Notes: a model not told the origin generated them from the sequence alone. A stretch of 34,262 bases of DNA from a virus (IMGVR_UViG_3300014208_000025:244967-279228); one strand, 5' to 3'. Counted from the stretch's first letter, positions 17,992 to 26,245 are shown. Made by a program: numbers and translations.

Positions 17992-18277
17992 CTTCGTCGG
18001 GTCGTTCAACGGCATACTTGGCTTCGCAGAGGCCGATGCCGGTCAGTTCACGGAGACGTTTGATGGCGGGAATTTTGCTGTTGTTGACGCCGCTGGTGTG
18101 CCAATTTGGAAATTCATGTCGCACACGACAGATGCCTTCGATGTAGTTCATGCTGGCGGGGGCCTTTGGAGTCATGTCTTCAATGGTGACATCGAGAGTG
18201 CCGAGGCCGAACAAGGCCAACTTCGGATGTTGTGTTAGTAACGTTTTTGCGTCTTCGAGAGTAAGAATGATTTTCAT
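17948..18277 (-). CDS. protein with a ribosomal protein bL12 (L7/L12) C-terminal-like domain
   Basis: SKIPAIKRLRELTGIGLCEAKYAVE matches the bL12 CTD motif KI..IK.VR..TGLGL.EAK..VE. Confidence 0.75.
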   Translation of the reverse strand: MKIILTLEDAKTLLTQHPKLALFGLGTLDVTIEDMTPKAPASMNYIEGICRVRHEFPNWHTSGVNNSKIPAIKRLRELTGIGLCEAKYAVERPDEAIDIWIRYGKYLTH

Positions 18278-18312
18278 GGTGGTAAAATACTCGATTATTT
18301 ATTGAAGTCAAG

Positions 18313-18627
18313 TTATTTCTTGACGGATTTCTTGGCCTTAGCCTTTTCCGCTTTATAAGCATCAACTAACGGAGTTGGGCTTTCCTTAACCAACTGTTTC
18401 GTCAGGCGGAGCCGTTGCCGTTCACAGGTGCCAACCGGCAACTGAGCCAGTTTCTCGGCAGTAGAAAGTTTGTCGTATTTGTCTTGACGGGCATACGCCT
18501 CGTGACGCTTGCGATCATTCTTGACGTGGGCCTTGGATTGACTGTAGTTCTCACGGCCCTTGCGAACAACCTTTTCACCGGTCGAAGTGGTGGATACGGA
18601 GGCTTGCGGATACTTTTGTTTGCTCAT
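18313..18627 (-). CDS. basic hypothetical protein, leaderless
   Basis: 104 aa, Lys/Arg-rich; own promoter. Confidence 0.75.
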   Translation of the reverse strand: MSKQKYPQASVSTTSTGEKVVRKGRENYSQSKAHVKNDRKRHEAYARQDKYDKLSTAEKLAQLPVGTCERQRLRLTKQLVKESPTPLVDAYKAEKAKAKKSVKK

Positions 18628-18665
18628 GGTGATAGGTTAGTATATTGTTTGTGAAATGTCAAGAA

Positions 18666-18929
18666 TTATTTTGAAGGATGCCGGGATTCAACCGTAATCC
18701 CCTTATCATTTGAAAAGTGTAAGGTATCACCTACTTCTGAAAACTCGATGGGTGCAACTAAATAACAAGTATATCCACTTTTTAGGGCTATGGTATAATA
18801 AGCAAATCCCGTTGCTTGATCCCGTGTAATTTTATCAAGCACTCTGGAACCGTTTTCGATTTTTGGCTCGGGCGCACAACCACAGATAAACAAAGTGGCT
18901 AGTATGATGCTGGATAAAAATGTTTTCAT
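18666..18929 (-). CDS. putative lipoprotein
   Basis: MKTFLSSIILATLFICGC signal peptide with a lipobox-like Cys. Confidence 0.6.
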   Translation of the reverse strand: MKTFLSSIILATLFICGCAPEPKIENGSRVLDKITRDQATGFAYYTIALKSGYTCYLVAPIEFSEVGDTLHFSNDKGITVESRHPSK

Positions 18930-19231
18930 TCGATTGTATGTAGGTTGAACTTAATTAATGTTTCGGCATTGTCAAGGATAAACTTGCGACATTCTTCATC
19001 ATCCTTGCCGCGGAACTTGAGAGTAATCCACCTCCAAGCACATGGTTCGGAGGTAGTTGCCTCTTTTTTGACGGTAAACATGACACGCCATAGCCCGTCT
19101 TTGGTTTGCCAACTGGGAGCAGAAATGGAGCCGACAATCTTGCCGTCTAACTTGATGTCACTGGATTGATAAGGATAACCCACGCCGTTCAGGCCGGTTT
19201 CCTTCTTCTCACGTTTGAAAGTGAATTTCAT
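18926..19231 (-). CDS. hypothetical protein, leaderless
   Basis: TTGACA-N16-TAGGGT-N6-ATG. Confidence 0.75.
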   Translation of the reverse strand: MKFTFKREKKETGLNGVGYPYQSSDIKLDGKIVGSISAPSWQTKDGLWRVMFTVKKEATTSEPCAWRWITLKFRGKDDEECRKFILDNAETLIKFNLHTIE

Positions 19232-19270
19232 ACCCACACCCTACCATTCTTTTCGGATTTGTCAAGTGGT

Positions 19271-19378
19271 TTATGTGACTCGAATAAACCACAGTCGGAT
19301 GTCAACCGGCACCCCTCCGATGAGCAAGCTCAAATGCCAGATGAAGGCAAAGGCAAAGGCGAAAAGGTAGCGTTTCAT
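19271..19378 (-). CDS. small hydrophobic peptide (35 aa)
   Basis: TTGACA..TATAAT-N6-ATG; hydrophobic stretch. Confidence 0.5.
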   Translation of the reverse strand: MKRYLFAFAFAFIWHLSLLIGGVPVDIRLWFIRVT

Positions 19379-19782
19379 ACCGTCATTATATCACCTTTCG
19401 CCGAAATGTCAACTCCCTGTTCTTTCAAGAATGATACAACTTCTTCTACGGTATCAAGAGTGTTAATGATATGGGGTTTGCCCGAGGGATTGAGGGAGAA
19501 GCCTTGACTTCGTTTGAAGATTTCTTCACGGGAGAGCCGGTCGTTTTCCTCGATTGACCTGAGTTGATTACAACCGTAACAGGCCAAAACTTTCTTGACT
19601 TCTCCGGGTTTTCGTTTTACCCAACGAGCCGGATTTAATTTAGAAAACAAATGATCCACCGTTGCAGCATTATCGGCAAGTTTACCATCGGAACAATTAG
19701 TTAATTGGGTCGGAATATTACACCAATGACAGTTTGGATTCTTGTTCCACATTCTTATTTTATCCGCTCGATGATTACTCAT
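19375..19782 (-). CDS. HNH endonuclease
   Basis: CHWC...ATVDH...VLACYGCNQLR. Confidence 0.75.
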   Translation of the reverse strand: MSNHRADKIRMWNKNPNCHWCNIPTQLTNCSDGKLADNAATVDHLFSKLNPARWVKRKPGEVKKVLACYGCNQLRSIEENDRLSREEIFKRSQGFSLNPSGKPHIINTLDTVEEVVSFLKEQGVDISAKGDIMTV

Positions 19783-19820
19783 AGAACAAATGGGGAGAGG
19801 AGGCTCGTCGCAATTCTCTG

Positions 19821-19997
19821 TCACTTCCGTCTGATCGGAACGAACCACGATTCTATTTCATCAAGTTGACGTTGAAGCGAATCCCGTTCGTCGGTGAGGT
19901 CGGAAATCTGACGGTTCAAATCTTCCTTGGTGGCACAGAGCGGACATGCGTGTCCGTCAAAACAAATTTCGTCGTGGGTTGAGCTACAAAGATTCAT
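19821..19997 (-). CDS. small Zn-binding/coiled-coil protein (58 aa)
   Basis: C..H..C..CPLC then a heptad-like region; ATGA overlap with the upstream gene. Confidence 0.6.
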   Translation of the reverse strand: MNLCSSTHDEICFDGHACPLCATKEDLNRQISDLTDERDSLQRQLDEIESWFVPIRRK

Positions 19998-20224
19998 TGT
20001 TGGGTAGCGGTTGCGACCATAAATTCGGTCAGTTCTTTGTTGAGGTCATTAAGACTAGTAATTTTTTCAATGAAGATGGCTTTCTTGCCACGATGGGCCA
20101 TGACGGAATAAGCAATCACTCCATTGCGGATGCGACTGAGGAAACCTATCATTGATGGAATATCAACATATTTTACAAAAATTTCATCCCTATGGAGAAG
20201 ATAGATTTCAAACTTCATGGCCAT
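19994..20224 (-). CDS. hypothetical protein
   Basis: 76-aa ORF in the operon. Confidence 0.6.
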   Translation of the reverse strand: MAMKFEIYLLHRDEIFVKYVDIPSMIGFLSRIRNGVIAYSVMAHRGKKAIFIEKITSLNDLNKELTEFMVATATQQ

Positions 20225-20231
20225 AAGTATA

Positions 20232-20450
20232 TCATTCCTTCACTTTTCTGTCAAGGTCCAATTTGGCGATTTCACCAGTGTTGCCAACAATGGTCAGAGA
20301 ATCACGGTCTTCGTTGAAACCTTCCGCCTTTTCAAAGTAGGCGGCAATGCGCTTAATGTTGATGGGACGTTTGCTGGTAATGACGTAAACGAATGGAGCA
20401 CAGTTGTCAAATTCAACCAGAACGACTTTCTTGTGTAGTTTTTTCTTCAT
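20232..20450 (-). CDS. hypothetical protein, leaderless
   Basis: TTGACA-N16-TACCAT-N6-ATG. Confidence 0.7.
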   Translation of the reverse strand: MKKKLHKKVVLVEFDNCAPFVYVITSKRPINIKRIAAYFEKAEGFNEDRDSLTIVGNTGEIAKLDLDRKVKE

Positions 20451-20629
20451 GGTGTCATGGTAACATTGTTTTGGGATTTGTCAAATTGTTTTGCTAAACG
20501 TTCACGTTGTTCTTTGGCTTGTTTAGTTGTAACACGAGGCATGGTTAACCTATACACAAGTAAAGCCTCTTCATCTCCATTCTTTAATGCTTGTTCAGCC
20601 GCTTTTACGCCAAGGAAACCCTTGGCCAC
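20447..20629 (-). CDS. hypothetical protein
   Basis: 60-aa GTG-start ORF with no clear promoter. Confidence 0.4.
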   Translation of the reverse strand: MAKGFLGVKAAEQALKNGDEEALLVYRLTMPRVTTKQAKEQRERLAKQFDKSQNNVTMTP

Positions 20630-20784
20630 AAACTGAATGAAACGGAGAAACTTTTGACCAAGTTAACCATTTCGGAAACCTTTCTCGGCAGTGATGTGTT
20701 TCGCCTTGGCAAGTTTCTGGTGGAAAACACTTGACAATTCCACAGCATGGTGTAGAGTGACCATGTTAAAGAAAACACAAAGTT

Positions 20785-20955
20785 ATGACACCCATGCCCG
20801 CCAATCCAGTCATCGTTCTCCATGTAACCTCACACGGCGAAGTCGTCGCCAATCAAAATAACATCGGCAACGACCTACGCATCGTGGTTGTGACCGATGA
20901 CAAAACCTATCAAGAAGAATCGGCCGGTATCCCTTATTCCGGCAAAATGGAATAG
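20785..20955 (+). CDS. small hypothetical protein (56 aa, MTPMPANPVIVLHV...)
   Basis: Follows the promoter at 20731 and an A/C-rich leader; precedes a terminator. Confidence 0.6.
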   Translation: MTPMPANPVIVLHVTSHGEVVANQNNIGNDLRIVVVTDDKTYQEESAGIPYSGKME

Positions 20956-20989
20956 TTTTAAGTCTTGAGGGCCAAAGTTCCCCAAGCAA

Positions 20990-21049
20990 TGTTGTGTCAT
21001 GCCGAGAGCACTCCTGATTGAGTGTTTCCGACATGACACAACGTTTTTT
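20990..21049 (+). terminator. long-hairpin intrinsic terminator
   Basis: GTTGTGTCATG..AGCACTC/GAGTGTT..CATGACACAAC followed by T6. Confidence 0.75.
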
Positions 21050-21086
21050 CATTGACAAACATTCGTCGGCATGTATATTTAAGGCC

Positions 21087-21284
21087 ATGAAACTAAGATT
21101 TAAGAAAGACGTGTCCGTAGATTTTCGTTCCAAACGTTTACAGGAGTGGGTTGACCATACCTTTCACAAAGATGAAATCGTGGAAGCTCATGTCATAACC
21201 TATGGCGGATGGTCTGATATGGCCTTTCCAAATGGTGATTTGGCGGAGTCTGTTAAATCAGATAGTTTTGAAGTTCTCGCTTGA
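21087..21284 (+). CDS. hypothetical protein, possible paralog of 33675-33968
   Basis: Own promoter; stop within the next TTGACA. Confidence 0.7.
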   Translation: MKLRFKKDVSVDFRSKRLQEWVDHTFHKDEIVEAHVITYGGWSDMAFPNGDLAESVKSDSFEVLA

Positions 21285-21317
21285 CATTACTGAAAGGTAT
21301 GTTAAGGTATTGGTATC

Positions 21318-21397
21318 GGAGGATGGTGGAGCGCATCGAGCCAACCGGGCCACTAAGAACAGGAAGCGCACTCGTCGGCTGAGACCTGTTACCTCCA
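21318..21397 (+). ncRNA. candidate 80-nt three-way-junction RNA
   Basis: Promoter at 21281 with no ATG at +1; GGAGG/CCTCC-A closing stem; GGTGG/CCACT and AACAGG/CCTGTT arms. Confidence 0.55.
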
Positions 21398-21409
21398 ATT
21401 TAATTTTGC

Positions 21410-21490
21410 CCGAGCGTCCCATAAGTGCCAGAAGGGTTTGTGGCAGTCTAAAACGGCCGGTGTACAACGGTTGAATAGCAGGGGACACGG
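21410..21490 (+). ncRNA. candidate multi-stem RNA
   Basis: GTCCC/GGGAC closing stem enclosing TGCCA/TGGCA and CGGCCG/CGGTTG hairpins. Confidence 0.45.
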
Positions 21491-21559
21491 TTCTGTTGAC
21501 ATGTAGGCAGACTCGTGATATCGTAGGTGGTTCAACTCCACGTCTCAGGCACCATTTTT

Positions 21560-21805
21560 ATGAAAACGAAAATCTTGCCGTTTTATCGGCAGACAGTCAA
21601 CGGAAAAGTCATCACGATCAAGAACGTCAAGATTACCGTCTTCGATGATGGCAACGAGGGGTTTCCGGCCTCCGAGTGCCAACGGTTCGAGCGGGCCGTG
21701 GAAAAGGTGTTTCCCGGCTGGTATCATCGGTTCACCAAGACGGGCAAGCACAGAAAAAATTGTGTGTCCTGTCGGCGTTACGGAAAAATGGGAGTCAAGC
21801 GATGA
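21560..21805 (+). CDS. hypothetical protein
   Basis: Start MKTKIL downstream of the promoter at 21497. Confidence 0.65.
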   Translation: MKTKILPFYRQTVNGKVITIKNVKITVFDDGNEGFPASECQRFERAVEKVFPGWYHRFTKTGKHRKNCVSCRRYGKMGVKR

Positions 21806-21932
21806 TTACAGCAACCGCCATGAAGTTTGAGAATGGTATGGTTCTACAATCCCCGGCTTGGTTTATTCAGCGAAGACCTTTGGTGATTCTTCTTGACAAT
21901 TCTTCTATGTATAGTAAGATACTGTTGAATAT

Positions 21933-22196
21933 ATGACAAGTAGCACAACAATGGCCCCCACGCCACCGCCAAAGCGGCAAGCACCCAGCCCCAACCAAAA
22001 GTTGAGTGGTGGGGGTACTACCCCTCCCTCCATATCCCAAGCGGAGAAGTATAAACTCGCTTACATGGATTCGTGGACCAAATTGCCCAAGTGGAAACAA
22101 TTAGCCATTGAAGATGATCGCAAAAAAGGGATTGACAATGGCCGCTTGATGAACGAGTTTCTTCACGAAGTAACACGTCTAGCAGAATTATCCTAA
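21933..22196 (+). CDS. hypothetical protein
   Basis: 87 aa; promoter at 21893. Confidence 0.65.
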   Translation: MTSSTTMAPTPPPKRQAPSPNQKLSGGGTTPPSISQAEKYKLAYMDSWTKLPKWKQLAIEDDRKKGIDNGRLMNEFLHEVTRLAELS

Positions 22197-22199
22197 TTT

Positions 22200-22442
22200 A
22201 TGAGCCTGTTTCATATCCACAAATTCGGCCCCATTCAAGGGGATAACTTTCAATACTGTGCGACCTGCGGTGTTGCCAAAGCGGCTCCGAACCCATGTAA
22301 GGAAGGACACAAATATAAAGAAGATAGCGTTTCTGAAATAACCAATCATTTCAATAGAACCCAAATAGTTAAAAATCTTGTCTGTATTCGTTGTGGCCAC
22401 ATGGTTCAGTTCAACGCGACAACGGGTCAATACCAAAATTAA
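22200..22442 (+). CDS. Zn-ribbon-like hypothetical protein
   Basis: CATCG, C..GH and CIRCG motifs. Confidence 0.7.
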   Translation: MSLFHIHKFGPIQGDNFQYCATCGVAKAAPNPCKEGHKYKEDSVSEITNHFNRTQIVKNLVCIRCGHMVQFNATTGQYQN

Positions 22443-22445
22443 TTT

Positions 22446-22643
22446 ATGGGACGTACATTCAAAGAAAAACCTTGGAAGTATAAGAACGACAAAAACTTCC
22501 AAAAAAAACAGAAGAAACATTTGAAAGGTCAACGACCGTTCAATACACCGACCAATGATGTGTTAGGTGACAATGGCCAAAATCCTCTATTTGCTACCGA
22601 TATCCCACCATACGAAACATTGGATTTTGACCCATCCAATTAA
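22446..22643 (+). CDS. hypothetical protein
   Basis: 65 aa; basic N-terminus and acidic C-terminus. Confidence 0.65.
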   Translation: MGRTFKEKPWKYKNDKNFQKKQKKHLKGQRPFNTPTNDVLGDNGQNPLFATDIPPYETLDFDPSN

Positions 22644-22680
22644 CACTTGACAAATTAAAAACTTCTGTTAAGTTGACCCC

Positions 22681-22881
22681 ATGATTACATTAGCATTCAT
22701 TCCGTTTTTGTGCCCTTGGGATGACATTTTTGTTTGGATTCCTTTGCTTACCATCATTGGAGTTTTCGTAAAAAAGAAATTTAAATGGTGCCGCAAGTCG
22801 TGTGGTTGTCATTGTCACAACAAGAAACAAATCACAACTTCTATAAAGGATGGACATTCCTATAATCAGACTGAGAAATGA
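22681..22881 (+). CDS. small membrane protein, leaderless
   Basis: Hydrophobic segment followed by a Cys/His cluster. Confidence 0.6.
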   Translation: MITLAFIPFLCPWDDIFVWIPLLTIIGVFVKKKFKWCRKSCGCHCHNKKQITTSIKDGHSYNQTEK

Positions 22882-23099
22882 AAACTCACAAAGAAATCCG
22901 TCGTAACATAAAAGAATGTTTTCATTTGTTTGCTCGTAATGGAGTATGGGGAACGTGCGTTGATTGTCCAACCAATGGCGACGGTCAAATTCAACCTGAA
23001 CTATGTGAAAATTTTGATAGATACGATCATAGATTAACTTTGACATCGTTAGTGGAACAATATAACTTTGCCCTTAATGAAACTCATAATCCTCAGTGA
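22878..23099 (+). CDS. hypothetical protein
   Basis: 73 aa; ATGA overlap. Confidence 0.55.
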   Translation: MKTHKEIRRNIKECFHLFARNGVWGTCVDCPTNGDGQIQPELCENFDRYDHRLTLTSLVEQYNFALNETHNPQ

Positions 23100-23697
23100 C
23101 GTTCATGGAAACATTTTGCGGTGTCAAGATGTTGCTTTGAGGAATCCCAGCACTCCAATCGTTCAACTGGGTGACTTGGGCGTGGGTTTCGTTCCTCGGG
23201 AAGTCATCGAAAATTTGCCTAAAAACTTCTTTTTCTTTCCCGGCAATCATGACAACCGAAAGATTGCAATGACGTTTGACAGGTGTTTGGGTCACTTTGG
23301 CCCATACTTCTGGGATACAATTTTCATTGTATCAGGAGCCGACTCCAAAGATAAGGCGGTTCGAACTGAGGGAGTCAACTGGTGGCCGGATGAAGAATTG
23401 ACTTATGAACAAGGGCAAGACTGTATTGACAAATGGGCCAAAAGTAAAGCCGAAGTCATCATTTCTCATGATTGTCCACAACGGATCGCTGAGGCATTCT
23501 TTTTGATTTACGATAAATCACGGACGCGGCAGATTCTTGATGCCATGATTGACGCCAGACGGCCAAGAGTTGTGCTATTCGGCCATCACCACCGACCATT
23601 CTCCAAACACCATGAAGGCGTGGAATATTGTTGTTTGAAAATAGATGAAACAATTTCCCTTGACATTTCGGAAAACAAGATTACTTTGACACCATGA
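23077..23697 (+). CDS. calcineurin-like metallophosphoesterase
   Basis: All five motifs present: SDVHG, LGDLG, PGNHD, ISHD, FGHHH. Confidence 0.9.
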   Translation: MKLIILSDVHGNILRCQDVALRNPSTPIVQLGDLGVGFVPREVIENLPKNFFFFPGNHDNRKIAMTFDRCLGHFGPYFWDTIFIVSGADSKDKAVRTEGVNWWPDEELTYEQGQDCIDKWAKSKAEVIISHDCPQRIAEAFFLIYDKSRTRQILDAMIDARRPRVVLFGHHHRPFSKHHEGVEYCCLKIDETISLDISENKITLTP

Positions 23698-23903
23698 AAC
23701 GAAGTTGGTTACTAAAATTAACACCGAAACAATTTGCGAAACTGTATAAAGGTTTGCATTTCCGGTTTCGATTCTATTTGAATCTGGCGTTTGAAACTGT
23801 CACCTATGAGGGCGTCACTCTCACCATTCACGTTCCCAACGACAACATTTCCAATGAAATTTCTGACTACATCAACGGTTTCGCTTGTGCGATTTATCCC
23901 TGA
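23694..23903 (+). CDS. hypothetical protein, leaderless
   Basis: TTGACA-N16-TACTTT-N6-ATG. Confidence 0.65.
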   Translation: MKRSWLLKLTPKQFAKLYKGLHFRFRFYLNLAFETVTYEGVTLTIHVPNDNISNEISDYINGFACAIYP

Positions 23904-23906
23904 CGT

Positions 23907-24101
23907 ATGACCAAATGGAATAAAGATCAATATCTTAGCCACGTTGGCCAAGAACCGGTTTTGGATGACCTTGACCGTTGTAATTGTCCGGAAGCTGACC
24001 AGCCGGGACATCACATGTGCGGCATTTGTGAACATCATTTGCCGGTATTTAGATGTCAAGTTTGTATCGCCAAACCATTTGGAACCGTAAAAAGAATTTG
24101 A
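23907..24101 (+). CDS. Cys/His-rich phage protein
   Basis: DDLDRCNC..GH..CG.C..H..P.F.C pattern. Confidence 0.7.
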   Translation: MTKWNKDQYLSHVGQEPVLDDLDRCNCPEADQPGHHMCGICEHHLPVFRCQVCIAKPFGTVKRI

Positions 24102-24133
24102 CAGACAGAAAATTTTCAGTAAGGTATCACTAT

Positions 24134-24499
24134 ATGACTTACAAAAATTGGTGTCTTCATTCAACTGTTATTCTTGCCGAGGCCGATGTTCACAACAAAT
24201 GGGCAGCTGAAGCCAAAAGAAATTTGTTAACCAATATTGGTCCGAGAATAGCCAAACTCAATGAAACAGGATACATAGGGTGTGGATATCATTACAGTCT
24301 TGAACAAGACTTTGGCAAGTTGTTTGGGTTGTTGGCAATCCGTTGGCAACCGTGTGCCAATTGGTGTAAACACGTAGAACGTGACAGAGACAAGGCAATG
24401 CTTGCCGAAGTCATTTATAGTTCTCTCATTGAACAGTTGACGGAAGCTGAAGAATCAGTTCCCAAATTCAAGAAAATTTATCCTCGCAAAAAGTTATGA
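24134..24499 (+). CDS. hypothetical protein
   Basis: Start MTYKNW after the promoter at 24098. Confidence 0.7.
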   Translation: MTYKNWCLHSTVILAEADVHNKWAAEAKRNLLTNIGPRIAKLNETGYIGCGYHYSLEQDFGKLFGLLAIRWQPCANWCKHVERDRDKAMLAEVIYSSLIEQLTEAEESVPKFKKIYPRKKL

Positions 24500-24870
24500 A
24501 ACCAAACTATCTAAATGAAATGGCGGATGTTTACACTCGCATGGCCATCGGCGAACACGTTCACACTCCATTCAACATGATTTTTCAAGGTGTTGACGCG
24601 ACCCATGCCGCCGGCGTATTTCAGTTTCAAGGCGAACCCGAACTTATCAAACGGTTAACGGGCGGAGCCAACTTGAACAGCAATCACGTTCTGTGGATTG
24701 GTGACGCATTCTTTCGCCCGAAAATCATTACTCAGTCACGCCATTTAATGGGTAACGGAATCTCTGGAATTTTCACCACTGGATTCTGCCATGTTGACGA
24801 GTGGGTGAAAAACGGAAAAGTTTTGAAAGGTGAATTACCACCTGAAACGAAAGCAACACAATACGCATGA
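24496..24870 (+). CDS. hypothetical protein
   Basis: 124 aa; ATGA overlap. Confidence 0.75.
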   Translation: MKPNYLNEMADVYTRMAIGEHVHTPFNMIFQGVDATHAAGVFQFQGEPELIKRLTGGANLNSNHVLWIGDAFFRPKIITQSRHLMGNGISGIFTTGFCHVDEWVKNGKVLKGELPPETKATQYA

Positions 24871-25010
24871 AAACCCCAAAAAACAGACAAGACGAAGAAG
24901 ACGAATTGCCGGTTGACACCTTGGCTCAAGAAGTGGCCGAGTCACTTCCCGGCTATCAAGAATATCAGAAAGAAGCCCGTGGCGACTCTTTGAATTTCGG
25001 TGATTACTAA
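24867..25010 (+). CDS. small acidic protein (47 aa)
   Basis: ATGA overlap with the upstream gene. Confidence 0.55.
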   Translation: MKTPKNRQDEEDELPVDTLAQEVAESLPGYQEYQKEARGDSLNFGDY

Positions 25011-25053
25011 GAGAAATTACTTGACAATTATTTCGTTCGTGTTATGGTTGTAA

Positions 25054-25186
25054 TGGTAAAACATGGACAGCATGAACGTCCTGCTAACTCCGGAGTATGA
25101 AAGGTGGACATGCGTTCGATTGATTGAGGGTTGCTCCTCATGTGTTGAAAGATGATGGTTCGACTCCACTCCATGTTTTATCACCA
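25054..25186 (+). ncRNA. candidate tRNA-like or Y-RNA-like ncRNA (133 nt)
   Basis: Own promoter at 25021; 14-bp terminal stem TGGTAAAACATGGA/TCCATGTTTTATCA then CCA; T-arm TGG-TTCGACT-CCA. Confidence 0.65.
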
Positions 25187-25317
25187 ATTTCTTAAACAAA
25201 TCACTTGACTTAGCGGAAACTTATGTTAAGGTAACTCCATGATAAAGATTGGAACACAATTTCGGAACTATATCGAATACAACGCTCGTTGGGCGACTAT
25301 TAACATCCAATTTTGAT

Positions 25318-25512
25318 ATGGCACACTCACGCATTATCGTTAAGGTCAAGGATTGTATCGCCTACATTGAGGGATGTGGTTGGAAGTTCATCGGGCGCCA
25401 ATACGGTTCTTATTGGTTCAAGGGCAACAACGGCAAAACCAACATGGCCGGAAGTAACACCATTCCATTCACCTTGACCGAACTCCGCCACGCCTACAAT
25501 AACGGATGGTAA
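25318..25512 (+). CDS. hypothetical protein
   Basis: Likely start MAHSRI. Confidence 0.65.
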   Translation: MAHSRIIVKVKDCIAYIEGCGWKFIGRQYGSYWFKGNNGKTNMAGSNTIPFTLTELRHAYNNGW

Positions 25513-25513
25513 T

Positions 25514-25714
25514 ATGCCAACACGAATCGTCACACGAGATATCCGAACCGTCAACGGCATCACTGTTGAAGTTCAAGGCATTAAACGGCTGGAATATACC
25601 GGAGAATGGGCACCGGCTGGCTTCTATGTCATGTTGAACGACAAACGGATTGGCAACTTTTGGGGTTGGCCAACCGATGATGATATAGCAAAAGTTTTGG
25701 CGAAATCCGCTTGA
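25514..25714 (+). CDS. hypothetical protein
   Basis: 66 aa; stop within the next TTGACA. Confidence 0.7.
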   Translation: MPTRIVTRDIRTVNGITVEVQGIKRLEYTGEWAPAGFYVMLNDKRIGNFWGWPTDDDIAKVLAKSA

Positions 25715-25744
25715 CATTTGTGAAAACAATGTTAGATTCTTCAC

Positions 25745-25861
25745 ATGATTGAAATAGTATTTGGCATTCTTTTACTCGGAATTCTGGTCGCAGGGTTTAT
25801 GGCTGCTCCGCCGTTGTGGCCCACGGATGCAGAAATCAACAAGGAAACCCACCATGATTGA
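25745..25861 (+). CDS. small membrane peptide (38 aa), leaderless
   Basis: MIEIVFGILLLGILVAGFMAA; own promoter. Confidence 0.55.
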   Translation: MIEIVFGILLLGILVAGFMAAPPLWPTDAEINKETHHD

Positions 25862-25902
25862 CACGTTAAGAATCTTGGTCAGTTGGCAATGGTGGTATTA
25901 TC

Positions 25903-26091
25903 ATGAAAACTTTCAAAGAAGCCAAGAAAGAAGCTGACCGTGTTGGAGGAGTGGTAACGTGGTGGGTTTCCTACTCCGTTCACAAAGCGAAGGATTACAG
26001 TTGGGCTACCTGTGGTTATCCTAAATACGTTTCCAAGAAAGCGGTCAAGTTCTTTCAAGACCGCTGGGCAAAAAAGAAAATGAAGAAATAA
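25903..26091 (+). CDS. basic hypothetical protein
   Basis: 62-aa ORF. Confidence 0.65.
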   Translation: MKTFKEAKKEADRVGGVVTWWVSYSVHKAKDYSWATCGYPKYVSKKAVKFFQDRWAKKKMKK

Positions 26092-26124
26092 TTTGACAAT
26101 ACTGAAAACAATGTTATGGTGTAT

Positions 26125-26190
26125 ATGTAACAGGGTATGAAAGCCCGAGGATAGGGGACCGGAGAGTGCGTTGATATCTTTAACGTTATC
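26125..26190 (+). ncRNA. candidate small RNA with AUAGGGGA loop, copy 2
   Basis: Promoter at 26093; leaderless ATG is followed directly by TAA; shares TGAAAG..CCG..ATAGGGGACCGGAG..TGCG with 17099-17163. Confidence 0.5.
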
Positions 26191-26245
26191 TGAAATAGTT
26201 GAAAGAATTATTTGACAATAGTGAAATCAATGTTATAGTGTCAAC

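Larger units (their letters stand above)
9985..20484 (-). repeat. leftward array of about 26 dispersed promoter repeats, roughly one per gene cassette
   Basis: TTGAC[A/T]-N16-TAnnnT-N6-ATG repeated; identical 28-bp copies before 10902 and 11231; shared spacers such as ATACCGAAAACAAT and ATACTTAAAACAA. Confidence 0.9.

Noticed and set aside
20924-20942. CCGGTATCCCTTATTCCGG resembling the reverse of the ATAGGGGACCGG motif
   Set aside because: It is an imperfect match inside a plausible ORF (20785-20955) and may be chance.
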